From NCBI GenBank assembly GCA_034669905.1, contig JAXMOL010000018.1, positions 32,001 through 96,000 on the forward strand: DNA of 64,000 nucleotides. Direction: 5' to 3'. Shown one piece after another: positions 20,729 to 29,009 of this stretch. The notes beneath the pieces are model-generated. The model made no database searches. It was given only the letters and a program-made list of their open reading frames with translations, and was not told the origin of the DNA. The position numbers were made by a program, and so were the translations under genes. Numbering within the stretch: the stretch's first letter is position 1; each line of letters begins with the position of its first letter. The DNA comes from Candidatus Hydrogenedentota bacterium. Lineage in GTDB: Bacteria > Hydrogenedentota > Hydrogenedentia > Hydrogenedentales > JAEUWI01.

Positions 20729-21520
20729 CTATTTTTCCAGGTTCAGAATTTCGATGTTCCGAAACTCCACCGGATGGCTTTCGCTCTGTAACGAGATAGT
20801 CCCGCCACTCAACATCAACTCACCCTCTTTGATGAGCTTCTGGGCGTACTCATCCTCGGGGTCGAGCTGGGGCTTTTCATACTCAAAGACCGCCTTGCCG
20901 TTGATAAAATGCTGGATGAATTCATTGCCCCGTACTTCCACTTCCACCGTGACCCACTGGTCGCCGTGATAGGTTTCCGAACGGGAATTAATGCAGTGGG
21001 GGGTAAAGAGCTCGTCATTCATCACCACGTTGGTGCCGGGGGTGCAGAGATTGGCGGTGCTGCGTTTCTTTTCCCCGTCGCCACCGAGCAACTGCACCTC
21101 AATCGAAACCGGGAAGTCCTGATCTTCTGCCATCGTGGCCGGGTCCTGCCCATGGAGCATGATGCCACTGTTGCGGAAAGCCCAGCCGGGACCGTCGGCA
21201 ATCTGCTCGCCGGTGAAGCGATATTCCATCCGGAACTTGTAGTGGGAGTAGGGCGTCTTGTAAAAAATGTGGCCGAAGGTCTCTTTGAATTCGCCACCAT
21301 ATTGGTCGTACGAAACCTTCATCACGCCATCTTCCACGCGAAAGGTGTCGTTCCAGTTTTCGCCCAACTTGTGATAGCGAATCTTGGGCGTCCAGCCGTC
21401 AAGATTTTTTCCATTAAAGATGGATACCCACCCATCCTCTTTTTTATTTTCCGCTGCTACAGCATTGGCACCCAGGCCAAGGCAAAGGACAGCGGCGACA
21501 AGGGGGTAAAGACACTTCAT
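20729..21520 (-). CDS. DUF1080 (3-keto-disaccharide hydrolase-like) secreted protein
   Basis: Signal peptide; WVSIFNGKNLDGW, NSGIM, SIEVQLL, GTISLQSESHPVEFRNIEI. Confidence 0.88.
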   Translation of the reverse strand: MKCLYPLVAAVLCLGLGANAVAAENKKEDGWVSIFNGKNLDGWTPKIRYHKLGENWNDTFRVEDGVMKVSYDQYGGEFKETFGHIFYKTPYSHYKFRMEYRFTGEQIADGPGWAFRNSGIMLHGQDPATMAEDQDFPVSIEVQLLGGDGEKKRSTANLCTPGTNVVMNDELFTPHCINSRSETYHGDQWVTVEVEVRGNEFIQHFINGKAVFEYEKPQLDPEDEYAQKLIKEGELMLSGGTISLQSESHPVEFRNIEILNLEK

Positions 21521-21658
21521 GGGATGCTCCTCCGGTACTACGTGATAGGGATGGTCTGGATAGCTTGTTGTACGTTATGACCGATGGGGGAGTCAAATGG
21601 CGGAACTTGCGCCGAAGTGGATAGAGGTCTGGCGTAGCCCCGATTTCCTTCGGGTGCC

Positions 21659-22372
21659 TTAGCGCTTCTTCAGCCAGATATCTTTGAATTGTACCGTCAT
21701 GGGCGGGCCGCTGTGCAATTGGAGGGCCAGGATGCCTGTAAGATCTTGTTCTTTGGGGTCGTTGTCTGTAACCGCCGCCGTCAGTATGCCGTTCACCCAC
21801 AATTGGATACGGGAGCCTTCACACACCAGGTGGTATTCGTGCCACTCTTCCAGCTTGAATGGGGCAGGCTCCTTCTTCAGGGGTTTCACGTGTCGCTCCC
21901 CGTCGTTGTTGAAGGTCGCGTCCTCGCCCCGCCAGGCCAGGGTGTGGCGTCCGTGCTCATCATAAAGCCGGACCAGCCAGTCAGTGTCCAGGTTGTTGTC
22001 TACCTGATAGCCCGCGACGTCGTGCCCCTCGATGACTTTACTTCGAAACTGGAAGCCGCCATTGATGTGGGGAAGCTCTGGAGTGGGGGTGCCGTTCATC
22101 CGAAACTTCAGACGCAACTCGAAATCGCCGAGGGGCTCTTTTTCATACACGAGGTACTGATTGACCGCGCACGGATGCGCTTTGGTGATTTTCGCCGTGA
22201 TGGCCCCGTCCTCAACACCCCAGTAGCTGGGATCGGGCGTTTCCCAACCCGAAAGGGAACTGCCATCAAATAGCGCGACGAAGCCGTCGGGCATGCGGCT
22301 GTCATTGGACTGCCCCGTGAGGAAGGCGAGGGCGATGAGTAATGGGGAAACGAACAGTGCGTTGCGAATCAT
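21659..22372 (-). CDS. DUF1080 domain protein
   Basis: FVALFDGSSLSGW, NGGFQFRS, GYQVD, GILALQLHSGPPMTVQFKDIWLK. Start MIRNALF at 22372. Confidence 0.85.
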   Translation of the reverse strand: MIRNALFVSPLLIALAFLTGQSNDSRMPDGFVALFDGSSLSGWETPDPSYWGVEDGAITAKITKAHPCAVNQYLVYEKEPLGDFELRLKFRMNGTPTPELPHINGGFQFRSKVIEGHDVAGYQVDNNLDTDWLVRLYDEHGRHTLAWRGEDATFNNDGERHVKPLKKEPAPFKLEEWHEYHLVCEGSRIQLWVNGILTAAVTDNDPKEQDLTGILALQLHSGPPMTVQFKDIWLKKR

Positions 22373-22633
22373 AATTGTGTGCTCCCACGATGCCGTTGTC
22401 GTGGCATCTATGGTGGCGGTTTCTTGGCAGAATTGCAAGGCTATTTCGATGCGTTGAAAAAATGTCTGGAATTCGTACAACCGGTCTGGGAGCCACCTGA
22501 ATGCCGACATAATCACAGAGAATCTGGCGGGAGGCTTGATGTCCCACCTTGTTTTCGGTACAGTGGCGCATTAGTGCGTCTCAAGCGCAGTGTGAAATGA
22601 AAAATGCGATTCTTGGAAAGGCTCTTGTGGGTT

Positions 22634-23104
22634 ATGAAGGAAGTATGGACGGCGGAGGAAGTCGCGGAGGCCCTGGGGACGTCTCGTCGAACGATTCAAC
22701 ATCACATTTATCTCGGTCGCTTCGGGGATGTGGATAAGAAGGGCCGGGAATATAGCATTACGAAAACGAACCTTATCGAGTACCTGGGCGAGGCACGGGC
22801 AAACGAACTGATACTCTTTCCCGCCGCCTACATCTTGAGTAAGCACAGTGCCCGCGGTGTGCCCTGTGCGACCTGGGCGGCCATTCTGGCCGCCAAGGAT
22901 CTCTTCACCCTGGTCAATGCCACCTATTGGATTGATGATCTGGAAAAGGCAGGGCATGGCGATCCCGTTGGTTTTTCGGTGGAGATCGTCAAGTTCTTGG
23001 CCGCCCGGGAACAGTGCGATGACCTGTCGAAGCTGGACAGCGACCCCCTCTACGAGCGCACCCCGCAGATTCTGAGACAGATCGTAAAAGCCGCAAAAGT
23101 CTGA
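22634..23104 (+). CDS. Helix-turn-helix (excisionase/HTH_17-like) DNA-binding protein with unknown C-terminal domain
   Basis: N-terminal WTAEEVAEALGTSRRTIQHHIYLGRF...GREYSI. Confidence 0.65.
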   Translation: MKEVWTAEEVAEALGTSRRTIQHHIYLGRFGDVDKKGREYSITKTNLIEYLGEARANELILFPAAYILSKHSARGVPCATWAAILAAKDLFTLVNATYWIDDLEKAGHGDPVGFSVEIVKFLAAREQCDDLSKLDSDPLYERTPQILRQIVKAAKV

Positions 23105-23115
23105 TGGGATGATAC

Positions 23116-23149
23116 AAAAAAACGGCTTCCATGGGGTCATGGAAGCCGT
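23116..23149 (-). terminator. Intrinsic terminator after hisA
   Basis: ACGGCTTCCATG-ACCC-CATGGAAGCCGT followed by a T-run on the minus strand. Confidence 0.8.
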
Positions 23150-23172
23150 AGAAATGAAGGGGGTATAGCGGA

Positions 23173-23898
23173 TTAGCTGGCGGCCAACGCCTTGCCTTCG
23201 GCGATGGTGAACTTCTCGAGGTAGAGGGCGCGACCAATAATGATCTCGTCCACGCCATCCACTTCCAGGGGGCGCACCGCCTTGACGTCGTCCAGACTGG
23301 ACATCCCGCCCGAAATCGTCACCGGAATCGAGATGGCCTGGGCCATTTCCCGGGTCGACTGAATGTTCGGGCCCTGCATCATGCCATCACTCAAGATGTC
23401 GGTGTAGATGATGCGCGAAGCACCTGCGGCTTCCACTTCCTGGGCGAAGGCAATGGCATCCCGGTCCGTGTCTTCCAGCCATCCACTGAGGGAGAGCTTT
23501 CCGGCCCGGGCATCGATGCCCACCGCAATCTTTCCAGGAAAGTCCCGGCAGGCGGCCTTCAGCAACTCGGGGTCCCGATAGGCGGCCGTGCCCAGAATGA
23601 TGCGATCCGCACCGGCGTCCACAATCAATTCGATCGTTTCCCGATTGCGGATGCCACCGCCGACTTCATAGGGGATACCCGCCGCTTTCAGCGCACGAAG
23701 TTCCGTTTCCACGCAGCAATGACCCGCCTTGGCACCATCCAGATCAACGATATGGATAATGCCGGTGCCGAGAGCGTCCCACCAGGTTTGTGCCTGGGCG
23801 ACAGGATCTTCGGAAAATACCGTTTCCTGGTCGTAGTCACCCTGAATCAGGTTGACACAGAGACCACCACGGATATCGACAGCGGGAACGATGCGCAT
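23173..23898 (-). CDS. hisA: ProFAR isomerase
   Basis: [48 protein letters not shown]. Confidence 0.93.
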   Translation of the reverse strand: MRIVPAVDIRGGLCVNLIQGDYDQETVFSEDPVAQAQTWWDALGTGIIHIVDLDGAKAGHCCVETELRALKAAGIPYEVGGGIRNRETIELIVDAGADRIILGTAAYRDPELLKAACRDFPGKIAVGIDARAGKLSLSGWLEDTDRDAIAFAQEVEAAGASRIIYTDILSDGMMQGPNIQSTREMAQAISIPVTISGGMSSLDDVKAVRPLEVDGVDEIIIGRALYLEKFTIAEGKALAAS

Positions 23899-24263
23899 CA
23901 GGAAACAGCTTCCAGGGAGGCCTTGGCCTTTTCGCAGAGCTGGGTAAAGGTCGCTTCGTCGTTTACGGCCAGGTCAGCCAGTACCTTGCGGTCGAGCTCA
24001 ATGTTGGCGCGCTTCAGGCCGTTGATGAACCGGCTGTAGGTAATGCCATTGGCACGGGCGCCGGCATTGATACGGGCGATCCACAGCTTACGGAAATCGC
24101 GCTTCCGCACTTTGCGGTCGCGATAGGCGTAGGTGCCGGCATGTTCCACCGCCTGGATGGCGGTCTTAATCAGACGATGACGGCTTCCGCGGTAACCGGC
24201 GGCTTGCTTGAGGACTTTCTTGCGACGTTGACGCGATGCGGGATTATTTGTAGCTCTGGGCAT
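23898..24263 (-). CDS. rplT: 50S ribosomal protein L20
   Basis: [46 protein letters not shown]. Confidence 0.97.
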   Translation of the reverse strand: MPRATNNPASRQRRKKVLKQAAGYRGSRHRLIKTAIQAVEHAGTYAYRDRKVRKRDFRKLWIARINAGARANGITYSRFINGLKRANIELDRKVLADLAVNDEATFTQLCEKAKASLEAVS

Positions 24264-24340
24264 GGTTCTAGATATCCTTTCTTACGTATCGGCACTCCAC
24301 CCGTGTCCGGGGGAGGGAGGTATTGATGGGCAGCCCGAAC

Positions 24341-24538
24341 TCAGGAGTAGGGGAGGAGCACCTTGATGCGGTGCATTTCTGATTCATTCACCAGCGTGGA
24401 CTTGCGCAGATTGCGACGACGCTTCGGTGACTTGCTGTTCATCAGGTGACGGGCACCTTGCTTGTGGCGTTTGATCTGGCCGGTCTTCGTGCGTTTGAAG
24501 CGTTTTGCCGCGGCGCGGTTGGTCTTAATCTTGGGCAT
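24341..24538 (-). CDS. rpmI: 50S ribosomal protein L35
   Basis: MPKIKTNRAAAKRFKRTKTG...LLPY; lies between infC and rplT. Confidence 0.96.
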   Translation of the reverse strand: MPKIKTNRAAAKRFKRTKTGQIKRHKQGARHLMNSKSPKRRRNLRKSTLVNESEMHRIKVLLPYS

Positions 24539-24716
24539 TGAATTCCCTCCGTCAGGGGTGCGAAAAAGAGTTACTCAACTAAAAATACGTGACCACGTCA
24601 GGCAGCGTATGAACACTTCACAACAACCGAACAAATGTCGGTCGCTGAGAAAGGACATACCCAACCTGCGCGGAAGATAATGTTACTCAGCAATCAAGAT
24701 GGCCGTCGGGGCGAAA

Positions 24717-25268
24717 CTACTTGACCTCTTTGGCAGGCTGCAACACGAGGCTCATGTTACGGCCTTCGAGACGGGATGAGCCGGGATTGTATTCCCCACT
24801 GCACAAATCGGCCGTCTCTTCCACCACCTTAATAAGGATTTCCCGTCCAAATTCAGGGTGGGCCATTTCACGACCACGAAACATGATCGTAATCTTTACC
24901 TTGTTGCCTTCGGAAAGGAACTGGCGCACATGATTCGTCTTGTACTCAAAATCGTGCTTGTCGATTTTGGGCCGATACTTGATCTCTTTGACCGTTACCG
25001 TATGCTGATTCTTACGGGACTCACGGGCCCGGCGTTTTTGTTCATACTTGAACTTGCCGTAATCCATGATGCGGCAAACGGGTGGTGCAGCATTCGGCGC
25101 GACTTCGACCAAGTCCAAGTCTTTGCCTTCCGCTTCGCGAAGGGCATCCTGGGGAGACATAATCCCCAGCTGATTCCCTTCGTCATCGACCACACGTATC
25201 TGACGTGCCCGAATCTGCTCGTTCACACGGGTCTTGTCTTCTTCTCGTTTCATTGGTGGCCTGGCTAT
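24717..25268 (-). CDS. infC: Translation initiation factor IF-3 (probable non-canonical AUA start)
   Basis: VNEQIRA, LDLVEVAPNAAPPVCRIMDYGKFKYE, IMFRGRE. SD AGGAGG (25282-25277) lies 8 nt before an in-frame ATA at 25268; the first ATG is at 25253. Confidence 0.95.
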   Translation of the reverse strand: MARPPMKREEDKTRVNEQIRARQIRVVDDEGNQLGIMSPQDALREAEGKDLDLVEVAPNAAPPVCRIMDYGKFKYEQKRRARESRKNQHTVTVKEIKYRPKIDKHDFEYKTNHVRQFLSEGNKVKITIMFRGREMAHPEFGREILIKVVEETADLCSGEYNPGSSRLEGRNMSLVLQPAKEVK

Positions 25269-25346
25269 GAGTAAAACCTCCTTGGGGACGTGTCCCTGGT
25301 TTACATTGCACCCGCACCCGTTGTGGGTACGAGGCCTGGACCATAT

Positions 25347-25500
25347 AAAAAAATCGGCGAAGGAGACCAGTCCTTCGCCGATTTGGATAAACCCATTTCG
25401 GGCAGCAATAAACTACTGCTGCAAAACCCCGGAAGCTGGCCTTTTGACCGCCTTGGGGTGAGGAACTGGTGTCCCTTCTTGGGAGTGAGATGCCAAAGCA
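25347..25500 (-). promoter_or_regulatory. L20-leader-like attenuator (terminator/antiterminator) upstream of infC
   Basis: Terminator AAATCGGCGAAGGA-CTGGTC-TCCTTCGCCGATTTTTTT (25347-25384). Upstream GAAGGGACACCAGTTCCT can pair with AAGGACTGGTCTCCTTC inside the terminator. Confidence 0.6.
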
Positions 25501-25518
25501 ACTTACTCAACGGACCCT

Positions 25519-25547
25519 AGTCTATCAAACAGGGGGGCCGGATGCAA
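25519..25547 (-). promoter_or_regulatory. sigma70-type promoter for the infC operon
   Basis: TTGCAT-17 nt-(TG a)TAGACT on the minus strand. Confidence 0.6.
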
Positions 25548-25551
25548 TATT

Positions 25552-26937
25552 CTACGCGGCTTCTTCCTCGACGGCCGGCGGGGTGGTGCCCACCAGCAGA
25601 AAGGTTGCGGCAATACCCACCAGCATGCCTACCCACGGGCTGAAGACCGCAAGCGAAACCGCCGTGAGCAACACCACGCCCCGCTCGATGGCCGTCCGGG
25701 GTATGGCCATGGCCACATAGGCACAGGCAAAACCGGTCAGCACCAGGGTGAGCGAAAGCGCGACCCCCATCAGGGGCTTCAGCGCCGTTACCAGCGGCAA
25801 ACACAGGTAAAGGACCGGGATTCCAAAGACATAATAGGAGTGGATGCCGCTGAAAAGGCTGTCCATTGATTTGCGGCCATCGGTCCAGCGCTGCACAATC
25901 ACAACCTGCACACCGGTCCAGAGCGCGCCCTGATAGGGGAAAAAGGGCGCGACCAGGGCCATGACGCCATTACGAATGGCCAGGGAGAGGTGACTGCGGT
26001 TCGAGTCGATCTCGATTTCTTCGTCGGGGCGTGCCTTTTTGGCCGCTTTGATGATTTCTGTGCCGGTAATAATGTCACCAAACAAGATGACGTAACTCAT
26101 GAGCGCCAGGGGCAGGGCCTTGGCGAACATCGCCAAATCGGGCCAACCGATATAGAAAGGCGACATTTTCTGGATGGCAGCGCCAAAGGGCAACCACAGG
26201 ATGCCCCATTCAATTTCGTAGATGACCTCCGCCGGGCCCTCCCGGAAGTAGCCCGTGAGCGGACCGACAATCGCGGCCGTCAGGAAACCGGGGAGGAGGC
26301 CCAGACTGGCGACAATGGCCAGCCAACGCATCTGGGTCTTGTAACGCTGCACCGGCTCGGAGAAGATGAGCACCATGCAAACCACCAGGGCGGCGGTGGT
26401 CGTGATCGGCTGGGCATTGATGAGCTTGTCGGCATCATCCAGAAAGACCCGCTTCAACGCCGCAATGGCCGCACCCAGAATGATACCCCCCTTGAGCGCA
26501 TTGGGTATCCACGCAATAAATCGACTGCCCAGCCCGGTGATGCCCAGGATGAGCAGAATGAAGGCGAGACAAATGGCCGCCGCCGTCATAAATTGTAGGC
26601 GCAATTCGGGGGTGGCCAGGTCTTCCCCACCGATGGCCAGTAAAACCAGCGGCAAGGCCGGTGTCACCATGCCCGGCGCGTAAGGCTCGCCGAAGAGGAT
26701 GGGCGCGCTGCATAGAATCACCGACTGGATGAACATACAGGCCACGGCCTCTTCAAAACTCAGGCCCAGATAGTGGGTCAGGATGGGCACGGTCGCCAGG
26801 CCCGTGGCTCCGGCGACGAAGATGCCTTGTACCAGATCCTGCCATTCCAGCCGCGTATGCCAGAAAGGAATTCGGGCCGTGAAGGGCCCCCATTTGATGC
26901 CCGGATGGACGGATCCCGATTCGCGTTGTTGTGACAT
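25552..26937 (-). CDS. Polytopic membrane transporter (xanthine/uracil/vitamin C permease-like)
   Basis: 461 aa with many hydrophobic helices; LFGEPYAPG..TPALPL and IDSNRSHLSLAIRN motifs. Substrate not determinable. Confidence 0.55.
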   Translation of the reverse strand: MSQQRESGSVHPGIKWGPFTARIPFWHTRLEWQDLVQGIFVAGATGLATVPILTHYLGLSFEEAVACMFIQSVILCSAPILFGEPYAPGMVTPALPLVLLAIGGEDLATPELRLQFMTAAAICLAFILLILGITGLGSRFIAWIPNALKGGIILGAAIAALKRVFLDDADKLINAQPITTTAALVVCMVLIFSEPVQRYKTQMRWLAIVASLGLLPGFLTAAIVGPLTGYFREGPAEVIYEIEWGILWLPFGAAIQKMSPFYIGWPDLAMFAKALPLALMSYVILFGDIITGTEIIKAAKKARPDEEIEIDSNRSHLSLAIRNGVMALVAPFFPYQGALWTGVQVVIVQRWTDGRKSMDSLFSGIHSYYVFGIPVLYLCLPLVTALKPLMGVALSLTLVLTGFACAYVAMAIPRTAIERGVVLLTAVSLAVFSPWVGMLVGIAATFLLVGTTPPAVEEEAA

Positions 26938-27252
26938 AGTGCTCTCTCTCTGTCTCTCTCACTCACAAAAGCGCGCGCACGACAACCTGTGACGCGCCAG
27001 ACATCGTCTGCCTACGGGCACCCGATAGCGAAGTCACTCTAGCAGTGTTATCCGAAAATTGCCACCTTGTCGTTCGTGCGTGGCTCACCTCATGCCGCTA
27101 TTCGACCAACAGAATGACGATGGGTTTCAACCAACGGTTCGATGATGGCTGGATCACGCAGGGACTTCCCCCCTTGAGCCCCATCCCAGCCGTCGCGCTT
27201 CGGTGTTATCGGGCTTGGGCTGAACCCGTTTTACCACGTATACTGCACACCT

Positions 27253-28182
27253 ATGACAATCCCCGCGTGCAACATAGTGACCCGCTTCGCGCCCAGCCCC
27301 ACGGGCTATCTGCACCTCGGCCATCTGGTCAATGCCATCTACGTGTGGGGACTCGCCGAGCGGTGGGGGGGGCAGGTGCTCTTACGTCTGGAAGACCACG
27401 ACCGGGGACGATGTCGACCAGAGTATGAGGCGGCCATCCTCGAAGATCTGGACTGGCTCGGCCTCCAGCCCCACGGGGCCTTCCCGGTATGTCGTCAGTC
27501 TGAGCGCCACGCCCGCTACGTCCAGGTGCTCGAAGCTCTGGTCGCCCGCGACCTGGTCTACACCTGCACCTGCTCACGAAAAGAAATCGTCGCACGGACC
27601 GGCGGCGGCGGGGGAGAGTTGCGCTATGATGGGCACTGTCGGGACCAGGGCTATCGCCCGGAGCAGCAAGGGGGATTGCGCCTGCACCTCGACGACCACA
27701 CCGTTTCCTTTGAGGACTTGCTCCTGGGGCCCCAGACACAATGTCCCGCCCGGCAATGTGGCGACCTCCTCCTGCGCGATCGCCATGACAACTGGACCTA
27801 TCAATTCGCCGTCACCGTAGACGATTGGGATCAGGGCGTAAACCGCATTGTTCGTGGAGAAGACCTGTTGGAATCCACGGGGCGCCAGATACAATTGGCC
27901 CAGTTGCTGGGGCGCCCCGATGGTGCGGCTTTTCTCCATCATCCCCTCATCAGTGACCCGGGTGGGCACAAGCTCAGCAAGCGGGATTTCGCCAAGGGGA
28001 TTCGGGACTACCGCGCCGAAGGGCATACGGCCGCCGACGTCCTGGGGAAGGCGGCCGCCCACGTGGGCCTGTGGCCAGACGCAACGCCCCTGGCGGCAAC
28101 AGACTTGCGCGCCCTCTTTCCCACCGATACGAACCCCATGGCCTTGGCTCGAAACAAGCACGTAGAAAAGGAAACACCATGA
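27253..28182 (+). CDS. gluQ: Glutamyl-Q tRNA(Asp) synthetase
   Basis: TRFAPSPTGYLHLGH (HIGH), CTCSRK, YQFAVTVDD, VRGEDLL, KLSKR; lacks the GluRS anticodon-binding domain. Confidence 0.85.
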   Translation: MTIPACNIVTRFAPSPTGYLHLGHLVNAIYVWGLAERWGGQVLLRLEDHDRGRCRPEYEAAILEDLDWLGLQPHGAFPVCRQSERHARYVQVLEALVARDLVYTCTCSRKEIVARTGGGGGELRYDGHCRDQGYRPEQQGGLRLHLDDHTVSFEDLLLGPQTQCPARQCGDLLLRDRHDNWTYQFAVTVDDWDQGVNRIVRGEDLLESTGRQIQLAQLLGRPDGAAFLHHPLISDPGGHKLSKRDFAKGIRDYRAEGHTAADVLGKAAAHVGLWPDATPLAATDLRALFPTDTNPMALARNKHVEKETP

Positions 28183-28554
28183 GCGACATCCCTCTCGAAG
28201 ACCTGCACCAGATAGAAGCGGCCCTGCGCGCCGCTGGCGCTTATGGGGTTGCAAACGAGACGTCTGCGGGCGTTTCATAGGGCCAACGGCCCGAAAACAT
28301 ACCAGCGTGGGCCAACGGCCCACGAGCCGGAGCCGTAAAAGCGTTCAAGGGCTGAAGGCCCGCCCCATCGCCATGCGCTCCAACGGCCCCAAGGCAGGAA
28401 GATGGCAACGTAACGTTGTGAAAAATATACGCGCTGAATATTCGCCTGTTTCGCGGAATGAATCCGACTCCCGGCCGTAAACCACGTAAAGGAAACACCA
28501 TGAGCGACATCCCCCTTGAAGACCTGCACCAGATAGAATCGGCCCTGCGCGCCG
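28167..28554 (+). repeat. 67-bp direct repeat (28167-28233 / 28488-28554) of SD + first 18 codons of the downstream gene
   Basis: AAAGGAAACACCATGAGCGACATCCC...GCCCTGCGCGCCG, 64/67 identical. Confidence 0.9.
28279..28403. repeat. REP-like palindrome cluster (GGGCC-AAC-GGCCC)
   Basis: AGGGCCAACGGCCCG (28279), CGTGGGCCAACGGCCCACG (28306), AGGGCTGAAGGCCCG (28348). Confidence 0.7.
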
Positions 28555-28994
28555 GACAGAAGATTCAGGCCATCAAGTATTGCCGTGAGTCCACCGGCAT
28601 GGGCCTCAAAGAGGCCAAAGACGTTGTCGACGGCCTCGAAGGCATGTTGAAGCAGACTACCCCCGATTCCTTCCGCACCACGCCGCAAGGAAGCAACGCC
28701 TGGCAAGATGCGGTCGAAGGGGCACTGGGTGTCCAGGCAGAGAGTGGGAGCATGTCCCCCGAAACCGCCCATGCCATTACGGAGGCCCTCTTTGCTGGAC
28801 AGAAAATAGAGGCCATCAAGCGATACCGCGAATCCGCCGGTGGGGGTCTCAAAGAATCCAAAGAAGCCATGGACGCGCTGGAAAAGGCCCTCCGAGAGGA
28901 GTGTCCCCAGAAATTTCAATTCGCCGCCAGGCGCGGTTGCTTCGCTGTGTTGGTGGCTGGTGCCATGCTCATCGCCCTTGCGGGATGGGCGTGA
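28500..28994 (+). CDS. Membrane-anchored protein with two ribosomal-L7/L12 C-terminal-like domains
   Basis: Tandem KIQAIKYCRESTGMGLKEAKDVVDGL / KIEAIKRYRESAGGGLKESKEAMDAL and a C-terminal hydrophobic helix. Not the true rplL. Confidence 0.7.
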   Translation: MSDIPLEDLHQIESALRAGQKIQAIKYCRESTGMGLKEAKDVVDGLEGMLKQTTPDSFRTTPQGSNAWQDAVEGALGVQAESGSMSPETAHAITEALFAGQKIEAIKRYRESAGGGLKESKEAMDALEKALREECPQKFQFAARRGCFAVLVAGAMLIALAGWA

Positions 28995-29009
28995 CGGGGG
29001 CGTCGTATG

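Noticed and set aside
23173..23898. Stand-alone hisA as a bifunctional PriA
   Set aside because: It has HisA-type GGGIR and SGW motifs rather than the PriA-type SGGIR/RGW.
26942..26960. (CT)n run upstream of the permease as a phase-variation tract
   Set aside because: Short and interrupted; more likely a purine-rich SD region on the minus strand.
28279..28403. Repeated palindromes as a CRISPR array
   Set aside because: Only 3-4 short, irregularly spaced, non-identical units and no cas genes.
28500..28994. Call as rplL (true ribosomal L7/L12)
   Set aside because: It lacks the N-terminal dimerisation domain, has tandem domains and a TM tail, and is not next to rplJ.
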